From assembly GCA_013265495.1 (NCBI GenBank), contig MU058039.1, forward strand, positions 374,591 through 438,590: a DNA stretch of 64,000 bases, written 5' to 3'. A model generated the notes under the pieces. That model was given only the letters and a program-made list of their open reading frames with translations. It was not told the DNA's origin and did no database searches. This DNA comes from Vicugna vicugna (Eukaryota). A program made the position numbers and the translations under genes. Below are positions 54,690 through 64,000 of this stretch, piece by piece (positions within the stretch are counted from its first letter, which is position 1; every line of letters begins with the position of its first letter).

Positions 54690-56395
54690 AATACTGTACA
54701 CTGAAAAATAGCAGAGTGGGAAATTACAGCAGTCTATCCATCCACAGAAGTAAATAATAGGCTGGCAAAACTGATAGAATCAACTTTTTCAAAAATCTAG
54801 AAACTAATCAAAAGCTTACAGTATTCAGAGAAATGCTCAGTCAAGGAAAAAAACAAGTGAATCTCAGAGCTTTGTGGTATTTTAATTTATCCTGGTCCCA
54901 TCCCCCGCCCCCCAGCTCAGCAGCAGTCTGGACTGCAGCCGCCCACTTTCCCAGTACTACCACCTAGTCCTAGAGGAGCAGAACTGACCTGAGTCTCAAA
55001 GAACTGGTTTTCTGGATGGTTGTTTTTTTAGATCTATCTGATGACTTCCTGAAGCATTGCTCAAAGGCTTGCCTTTAATTTTACCTGATTTAGAACTTTT
55101 CCAGGGCAGAGGTAGAAAATCCTGAAATGAAAATATGTCAGTCATTGCCGCCTGGGGCAAGAAATAACCTTTGGGCAAGCAACAGACTAAAAAGACCTGA
55201 GAGGAAATGCTGGTGAAATTAGGTACTTTGGGGAATAAAGGACTTCTAAAATCTCCCCTATATTCCTGGGAATTTAGAAGGCCACATGTGTACACAGGGC
55301 TGAACACATGCTCAGATAAAATCTGAGGCCTGAAGCCCTTATCTCTGGCTGAACTTCATAAGCAGGAAGTGAAGTTTAAGTTAAAATTATAAATTGCCTG
55401 GCTGAGTACTGAAAGTGTGCCCAGCACACAAAGACCATCTGCAAAGATTGGGAGTTACTTTTTCCATTATTATTTCAAGCATTTAAGGAATCCCTCTTTG
55501 ACTGCTAAGCTAATGGAGCAGAGATTCAGTGATCATGTATGAGAAGGAATACAAACTTTACAAAGTTAATTCAGGAAAGTCACAGCTACAACAAACCCTA
55601 GAAAGTAGAAAGTCTGATTTCTAGAATTGCTAGATTATAATTCAAAATGTCCAATTTTCAAAAAATTAGGCATACAAACAAATAAGAAACTGGCCCATAC
55701 AGCAGGAAAAAATAGAAACTGTCCCTGAGAAAACCCATTATTGGGACTAATTAGACAAATATTTAAAACCAACTATCTTAAATATGCTCAATGAGCTAAG
55801 TAAATCATGTACAAAGAACTGAAGGACACTATGAAAATAATTTCTCACCAAATAGATAAGATTAATCAAGAGAAATTATTAAAAGGAACCAAATAGAAAT
55901 TCTGGATTTGAAAAGTACAATATCTGAAATGAAAAATTCTCTAGAGGTGTTCAACAGGAGATCTGAGCAGGCAAAAGAAAGAATCAGCAAGCCTGAAGAG
56001 AGATGGATAGGTCAGTTAAGATTATCCAATTTGAGGAGCAGAGGGGAAAAAATGAAGAAAAATGAATGGCCCTTTAGAGACCTGTAAGGTACCACAGAGC
56101 CTAATTGTAGATGCATAGTGGGAACCCAAAGGTCTCTCAGGCAGAAAGAGGCATAAAGACTATTTGACGAAATGATGGCTGAAATTTTCCCCAGTTTATC
56201 AAAGAACATGAATATACATACTGAAGAAACTCAGTGAACCCCGAATAGGATAAACTCAAAGATTTACATTGAAACATATTATAATTAAACTGTTAAAAGA
56301 CAAAGAGACAATCTTGAGAATAACAGGAAAGATGCAAATAGTCACATGCAAGGGATCCTCAATAAGAGTAACAGCTGACTTCTCATTGCAAATGA
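54690..56395 (+). mobile_element. Older L1 5' region and ORF1
   Basis: ORF1-like peptides (atgatggctgaaattttcccc, HIIIKLLKDKE.IL..KGSSIRVTADFS). Confidence 0.8.
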
Positions 56396-56508
56396 GAGAT
56401 GTGAAGGACCTCAAAGTAAGACCAGAAACCATAAAACTCCTAGAAGAGAACATAGGCAGAACACTCCTTGACATAAATGTAGTAATTGTTTTGCTCTGTC
56501 TCCCAAGC

Positions 56509-56551
<43 letters not shown>

Positions 56552-57690
56552 TAAAAGCAAAAATAGACAAATGGGACCTAATCAAACTTGAAAGTTTTTG
56601 CACAGCAAAGGAAGCTATCAAAACAAAAACAGCCTACAGAATAGGAGGAAATATTTGCAGATGATATGACAAACAAGGGATTAATACTCAGAATATATCA
56701 ACAGCTTGTACAACTCAATATCAAAAGAACAAAGAACCCAATCAAAAAATGTGCACAAGACCTCAATAGACATTTTTCCAAAAAAGACATACAGATGGCC
56801 AACAGGCACATGAAGAGATGTTCAACATCACTCATTATTAGAGAAAGGTAAATTCAGACCACAATGAGGTATCACCTCACACTGGTCAGAATGGTTATTA
56901 TCCAAGAGTTTATAAATAATAAATGCTAGAGACAGTGTGGAGAAAAGGAAACCTTCCTACACTATTGGTGGGAATGTAGATTGGTGCAGCCACTATGGAA
57001 AAGGGTATGGAGGTTCCTCAAAAAGCTAAAAACAGAACTACCATCAGATCCAGCAATTCCACTCCTGGGTATATATTCAGAAAAAAATGAAAACACTAAT
57101 CAGAAAAGATACATGCACCCCAATGTTCATAGCAGCACTTTTTACAATGTCGAAACTATAGAAACAACCCAAATGCCCATCATGACCATGAAAAGATGAA
57201 TGGATAGAGAAGATGTGGTACATATGCACAATGGAGTATTAGTCATAAAAATGAATGAAAATTCTGTCATTTGCAGCAACATGGATGGACCTGGAGAATA
57301 TTATGGTTAGTGAAATAAGTCAGATAAAGACAAATAATGTATGTTACTTATATGTGGAATCTAAAAAATAATACAAATGAATGTATATGCAAAACAGAAA
57401 CTGACTCACAGACGTAAAAAACAAACTAGTGATTACCAAAGGGGAGAGAGAAGGGGGAGAGGCCAATTAGGAGTATGGGATTAAAAGATATAAACTATGT
57501 ATAAAATAGGTAAGTATAAAGTGTATATTGTATAGTATAGGGAATTAGAGCCACTATCTTTTAATAACCTTTAATGAAGTATACTTTGTAAAAATACTTA
57601 ACCACTACACTGTACGCCTGAAACTAATACAATTTTGCAAATCAATCATAAATAAATAACAAAAGCATAATAAATAGCTCTACATAAATA
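56396..57690 (+). mobile_element. 5'-truncated L1 (ORF2 C-terminus plus 3'UTR) nested in the older L1
   Basis: [63 protein letters not shown], then an A-rich tail. Internal A38 run at 56510-56547. Confidence 0.92.
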
Positions 57691-57699
57691 AACAAGATT

Positions 57700-60680
57700 A
57701 AATGAATCAATTTAACAAAAAACAGTTACTAGTCATTATGAAATAGATAATTTGAATAACCCTATATAACTATTAAGGAACTTGAATTCATAATTTTGAA
57801 TTTCCCAAAAAATTAATCACCAGGCTCAGTTTCCCTGGAGAATTCTACTAAACTTTTGTTTTTAAGTTTCCATGTGAACAGCAGTTGAACTGCCAAAGAT
57901 TTAAAGAATTAACTCCAATTCTAGATAGTCTCTTCCAGAAGCACAGGATCACTTATGAAGCCAGTATTGACTTGATAGCAAAACCAGACATTCCAAAAAG
58001 AAGAAAACTACAGACCAATATTTCTCATGAATATAGTTGCAAACTCCATAGCAAAATACTAATAGAATTTATCAGCATGTAAAGAATTATATTCACCATG
58101 CCAAGTAGGGTTTATTCTATGCATGCTAGACTGGTTCAGTATTTGAAAATCAATGTAATCTACCGTTTTAACAGATCAAAAAAGAATATTACTTGATCAT
58201 ATCAATTATACTGAAAATGTACTTGACAAGTTCATAGCCCATTCATCATTTTCTTAAAAAACTCTTGGAAACTAGGAATAAATGGGAGAACTTCCTCAAC
58301 CTATAAAGAATATTTACAACAAGCCTACAGTTAACATCAGATGTAATGGTGAATGACCTGAGTGCTTTCTTTATCCCTAAGATTGGGTACAAGGCAAGGA
58401 CATTCACTCTCACCACTACTACTCAACATAGCTCTATACATTCTGCCCAGTGAAATAAAGCACAACAGAAATAAAAATGCATACAGCTCAGAAAGGAGTG
58501 CCTAAAACTCTTCCTTTTTGCAGATGATGAAATGGTTTATGTAGAAAATCTCAAGGAATCTACTACATAAGAAATTTCTAGAAGTAATGAGTAATTTTAG
58601 CAAGGTCACAAGATACTAGATCAACTTGCAAAATTAATTATATTTCTATTACTAGCAATGAACACATGGAAACAAAAGTACAATAGCATTTACAATCGCC
58701 TCAAGAATTAAATACCTAGGTGCAAATCAAACAAAACAAGTATAGGACTCTTTGCAGATAAATACAAAACACTGACAAAAGAAATCTAAGGTCTAAATAA
58801 GTTGAGAGACAGTCCTTGTTCAGAGACTGGAAATTCAACACAGTAAAAATGTCTGTTCTCCCCAAACTGATACACAATTTAATGTAATTACTATAAAAAT
58901 CTTAATAAATTTTGTATACAATATGCTAAAATTTATTTTGAGAAACAAACTAGAATAGCTAATACAATTCTGAAAAAGAAGAGTTAAATGGTAGGACTCC
59001 CTCTACGCAATTTTAAGACTAATTACATAGCTATAATAATCTATGGTATGATATTGTCAGGGGTTAGATATTTAAGTTGATGGAAGAAAACAAAGGATAA
59101 AGAAATAGCCCCACACAAGTATGGCAAATGGATTTGTGACAAAGATGTAACTTAATACAATAAAAGATGGATAGTCTTTTCAACAAATGGTGCTGGAGTA
59201 ACTAAATACCCATAGGCAAAATAATCTATCTAAACCTCACACTACAAACAAAATTTAACTTGTAATGGATAATAGGTTTAAACTGTAAACTGTAAAAGTG
59301 TCAAATTTTTAGAAGATAAAACATGAGAAGATACTTCTGATCTATTTACTGGTAGCAACATGACAGTACACATAACACCAAAAGCATGATCATAAAAGAA
59401 ATGATGATTGGACTTCATCAAAATATAAAACTTCGGCTCTGCTAAAACCTTGTTAAGTAGATGAAAAGACAAGCTATAGATTGGGAGAAAAATTTGCATA
59501 CCAACCAGAACTCCAACAAACCCAGATAATCCAACAGAAGGACCCATAAATATATAAAGCACCCAAAACTCAAAAAGTTTTTTTAAAAAACAAACAGTAT
59601 GTTTAGAAAATGGGCAAAAGGCATGAAGAGGTATTTCACCAAAGAGAATTTATGGAAGAGGTTAAAGTCCAGTGGTTAGGGTGCCTGCTTAGCATGCATG
59701 AGGTCCTGGGTTCAATCCCCAGTACCTCCACTAAGACAAATAAGCCTAATTATCTCCCTGCCCTCCCCCCAAAAAAAAACCCAGAGAGAGTTTATGGATG
59801 GCAAATAAGTGCATGAAATGATATTCAATGTCACAGCCATTAGCAAAAAGCAAACATGAAACTATGATGAGAAACCACCACGTGCCTATCAGAAAATCTA
59901 AAAAATAACAATACCATAAATTCTGGCAAGGATGTGGAGAAACTCAATCTCATATATTCCTGGTGGGAATGTAAAATGGTACAGCCACTCTGGAAAAATA
60001 GTTTGGCAGTTCTTTAAAAAAAAAAAAGAAAACTTACCGTTTAACTCAGCAGTTGTACACCTGGACATCCCAGAGAAATGAAGGATTTAGCCCACACAGA
60101 GTTGTTCTGTGATTGTTCACAGCAGCTTTATCTGTAGTAACCAAAAATGGAAACAACAAAAATGGTCCTCCATACCCTGTAATAACACTTAGCATTAAAA
60201 AAAGGAATGAACTATGGATACAAGTTAACAATTTAGATCTCAAGAATATTATGCTGAGTTCTGAAAGCCAACCTCAAAAGGTCACATACTGTACAATTCC
60301 ATTTACATAACATCCTTGAAATGACAAAATTACAGAGATGTGAAATAGGTGAATGGTTTCCAGGGATTAGGGATGGTGGAGAGGGGTGCAGGTATGATTT
60401 ATAAAGGGGTAGCGTGAGAAAGATCTTTGTGGGGTGAAATAGTTCTGTATCTTGACTGCAGTGGTGATTACATGAATCTATGTACATGATAAAATGACAT
60501 AACTGTATATACATGTTGTCCCAATGTCTAATTCCATGGTTTGATATTGTACCATAATTACATAAGATGTAACCATTGATAGATACTGATTGACGTATAA
60601 TCAGGACTATCTTTGTACTATCTTTGCAACTCCCTGTATATCTATAATTATTTCAAAATTTAAAAGTAAAAAAAAAAACT
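57700..60680 (+). mobile_element. Older L1 ORF2 and L1MC-type 3' end
   Basis: Degenerate RT (FKELTPIL..YEASI.LIAKPD, tttgcagatgatg) through the 3' end ttatttcaaaatt..aaaa. Confidence 0.88.
59657..59782 (+). mobile_element. tRNA-Ala-derived SINE nested in L1
   Basis: cttagcatgcatgaggtcctgggttcaatccccagtacctcc. TSD agagaatttatgga / agagagtttatgga. Confidence 0.88.
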
Positions 60681-60981
60681 TCAATAAATGGGCTGAAAAG
60701 GGGAATGTACACAGCTGAATTATGAATTAGAAAACCAGAAGATTAAATAGCAATATAGTCCAGAAGAAACCTAATATGACAGAGATGCAAAGTGTGGAAC
60801 AAAACTTGACATAAAAGATGGTATCGATTTTCCACCATCCATTTAATATGTCCCAGAAAGCAACAGATAATTGAGGAGAGAGAATGTTTGAAGTAGTAAT
60901 CAATGAAAATTACCTCAAAATAAAGAATGATGTAAGCCCTCAATTTAAAAGAGGCCCACGAAGTTAATAAAAATCTATTTA

Positions 60982-61035
60982 ACTATGACATATTTTTCAT
61001 TTTAACTAATACTATGACATATTTTTCATTTTAAC
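60982..61035. repeat. Perfect 25-bp direct duplication (period 29)
   Basis: ACTATGACATATTTTTCATTTTAAC at 60982-61006 and 61011-61035. Confidence 0.9.
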
Positions 61036-61529
61036 GTTTATGAAACTGAAATGCATCTTTATAACAGTGACATGTCATAGTTTAATTTGATGTTTTCTTT
61101 CCTTTTCAATGGTACATAAAACAACTGTGGTCCTAAACGTGATGTCTTTGAAAAAGTTAAGTTAAAAATATCTACACTTAGGCACATTTTAGCAAAATTT
61201 CCAAGAATAAATAAAAAGATAAAACACTGAAAGTTTTGAGAAAGATTTGTAAAAGTTTACTTACATAGGAATAAGAAATCGATTAACATTATATGTACTT
61301 GCACAATTATACTCATGTAAGAAAAGAGCGGAGTGACTCTTCAAATTCAGAGATAAGAAAGCAATTTTGTACTTATACTTCCAGATGCGCCAAATTTAAG
61401 CGTCAGTAAAATAAATTACCTACTTCAGAAAGCCTCTCTGAATGTATTCCTGGAAGCTGTAATTCAACAAAAAGACAAAATAACAAAACAACAGAAATGA
61501 GGTGACATAAACAAGAGTTGTTAAATAGG

Positions 61530-61880
61530 TTTTTTTTATTATAGTCAGTTTACCAATGTTGCATCAATCTCTGGTGTACAGCATAATGTTTCAGTCATAA
61601 GTATACATACATATATTCCTTTTCATATTCTGTTTCATTATAGATTACTACAAGATACTGAATATAGTTCTCTGTGCTACACAGTATAAATTTGTTGGTT
61701 ATCTATTTTATATATAGTAGTTAGTATCTTCAAGTCTCGAATTCCTAGTTTCTCTCTTTGCGCCACCTTCCCCTCTGGTAACCATAGGTTTGTTTTCTAT
61801 GTCTGTGAGTCTGTTTCTGTTTTGAAATAAGTTACGATGTGTCCTTTTTTTTAGATTCCACATATAAGTGATATCATATA
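61530..61880 (-). mobile_element. 5'-truncated L1 3'UTR
   Basis: Collinear with 47856-48200. Confidence 0.88.
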
Positions 61881-61978
61881 GTGATAAATTGGTTTTTAAA
61901 AATTGTCTGGGGTGGGGGGCACATGCTCCCTACCCAGCAGTCCTCGCAGTGCACGCAGCTGACACCTTGGGCACCAAG

Positions 61979-62240
61979 ATGGCTCATCCTCCAGTGAAGG
62001 AGAAGAAACTCATGGATGTCAAAATAAGGGAGCTGCCACATTGTATACTGATGCAGGATTTCACCCTTAAAGGCACTGGTGAAGCATTTCAAAGAGGTTA
62101 CTGCCTGCATGACACAAAGGATGTCAATGTAAAAAAATTTAGCACCTGGAGTTTCTATGGAGCTGGCGATTTACCTGCTTTTCAGCTACTGCCTTTAGGA
62201 CAGGTAACTCAAATGTGAGTGGCTATGCAGGTATCAATGA
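61979..62240 (+). pseudogene. ATP5MF: Processed pseudogene of mitochondrial ATP synthase subunit f (ATP5MF/ATP5J2); whole retrocopy about 61909-62498
   Basis: Intronless MAHPPVKEKKLMDVKIRELPHCILMQDFTLKGTGEAFQRGY..VNVKK, then a frameshift, then GVSMELAIYLLFSYCL*DR*LKCEWLCRYQ*. AATAAA at 62327-62332 and A-tail near 62490. Confidence 0.93.
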
Positions 62241-62345
62241 AGAGGGCCCCATGTGGAGGGTGCACTCCATCACTGACCATGACCTTTGCTTGGGACCCCT
62301 CAGATCCTAATAGAGAATTAACACCCAATAAAAGATGACTGGGGC

Positions 62346-62481
62346 GGGGAGGGTATAGTTCAAGCGGTAGCTTGCATGCTTAGCATGCACAAGGTCCTGG
62401 GTTCGATCCCTAGTACCTCCTCTAAAAATAAATAAATAAATAAACCTAATTACCTCTCCCACCCCCACCCCCCAAAAAAAA
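62346..62481 (+). mobile_element. tRNA-Ala-derived SINE inside the ATP5MF retrocopy 3' end
   Basis: GGGAGGGTATAGTTCAAGCGGTAG..TTAGCATGC..GGTTCGATCCC. GACTGG is repeated on both sides. Confidence 0.88.
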
Positions 62482-64000
62482 GACTGGTTAAAAAAAAATA
62501 ATGCCTAAACTAGCACTGATTATAAAAATGCCAAGTAACAGTTTGGAAATAAAATTCTACATGATATTAAAACAGAATATAGAGATGAGGAAAGGGGGAT
62601 CAGAAAGTAGAAGAGTGTCATGGTTCTTATTCAGGAGAAGGCTAGATGGCTTTAGTGGGGATTTCACAGAATTCCTTAATTAAAGGTTTCGGAGTTTTGT
62701 TTTCATTTAAGGTAACCATAAACTTATAGCAATAGCAAACATCATACTTAAAGAGGAACATTAGAAACACTCGCCTTAATTCAAGAACCAAGAGAAGAAA
62801 ATAATTCTTCTACCATTCAGATTATACTGGCACTCTGAGTCAAAGCAATAAATAAAATTTAAATGTAAAAAATGGGTAGGAGGTATAAACTATCATTTTC
62901 AAACAACCTGGTCATCTTAGTAAATAAGACAATTTCCTGGAAAACTTTAAAAAATATTTTTCATCATGGTTGCTATCTTCATGCAAAAATCAATACCTTT
63001 CTTGGATACTAGTAATGATTAATAGACAGTATAATCAAATAGTCCCAATCATGAAATCAACAAAATTTCTATCTACTATCTATGGATTAACCAAGCAAGG
63101 AATAGCAAGCTCTTTATCTAAAAGTGTAAAGACTTAACAAGACACAGATGAACACCTGCTTAAAGAGAGAAACTAGTATTAATGATGGAAGACTCAATAT
63201 TATAAAAAATGTCCATTTTTATTTTTCCCTTTAAGCATGTTGGCTGCCTAGATTATAATGAAACCGCTTGTTGCAGTTTAACAGAATTCCTTTGGTAAAT
63301 AGGCATATATGGATGATCTTGAGTTTTTTCATTGTGCTTCTGTGTATCTTCTCAGTTTTTAGAAAAATTTATAAAAAGCAAGTGTTTAAAGTGTTTAGAA
63401 AGATTTAATACTGTCATATATTAAAGGATATTAAAATAGCAATAGTAATTATAATAGTGTGATATTTTATGCATTTTCCTGTGTCTACATACTATAATGT
63501 GTACATGTATATATTTATGAACATATATATAAAATATATATGTACATACATATTTTGGAAAAGGCAGCAGGAAACAATGATGGAGGAAGAATTATTCAAT
63601 AACTAGTACAGTGTAAAAAGTTGATTAAAAAGGTCACATTAGAGCCTCAGTTAATTACACCCCTCCACAAATTGGGATGATAGAAAATTACATGTCAAAG
63701 CTACCAGCAAATTAAGTCATAACGTTAGAAGCAAAGAGCTATGAAAGTTGTATATATCTCATAAATTTAAGATCAGAAATAAAGGTAATTTCCAAGGATA
63801 TAACTGTATCGTTAGTAAAAGCTTTGATCTAAACTAAGATTCATGATCAAAAGAAACAGTGAAAATTTTTGCAACGAGATAGTGTTAATGTTTCATAGTA
63901 TACAAGTGCATTCCTATTGACAAGGGGCATATTAAAGACAATAACAGCAAAAACAGGTAAAGGACCTGAGCAGCCAATGTACACATATAAGCAAACAATT

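Noticed and set aside
56269..56664. 131-aa ORF with a poly-Lys tract
   Set aside because: Chance fusion of old L1 ORF1 and nested L1 ORF2 sequence across an A38 run.

Overview
Mammalian genomic DNA from a KRAB-C2H2 zinc-finger cluster. The tRNA-Ala(AGC)-derived SINEs suggest a camelid (inference). Two divergent protein-coding genes are present. ZNF345 is on the - strand: one coding exon (7967-6504), 487 aa, 15 C2H2 fingers, no KRAB. ZNF790 is on the + strand: coding exons 38157-38165, 39400-39523 (or from 39397), 39792-39887 and 43690-45371, giving 636 aa with KRAB-A/B and 12 intact fingers. Each gene has a CpG-rich promoter with ACTACAnnTCCCA (ZNF143/THAP11-type) motifs. The window also holds an orphan decayed KRAB-A exon (52252-52375), a processed ATP5MF pseudogene, and dense L1, L2, MIR, LTR, Tigger and SINE repeats. 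I found no convincing new biological system. The best second-look items are evolutionary: the frameshifted, stop-containing KRAB linker fossil in the ZNF345 5'UTR, the orphan KRAB-A exon, fossil fingers in both 3'UTRs, a candidate L1 3' transduction, a chimeric retro-insertion with a perfect 14-bp TSD, and an LTR inside the ZNF345 promoter. Gene and repeat family names come from recall of consensus sequences, not from database searches, and most repeat boundaries are approximate.
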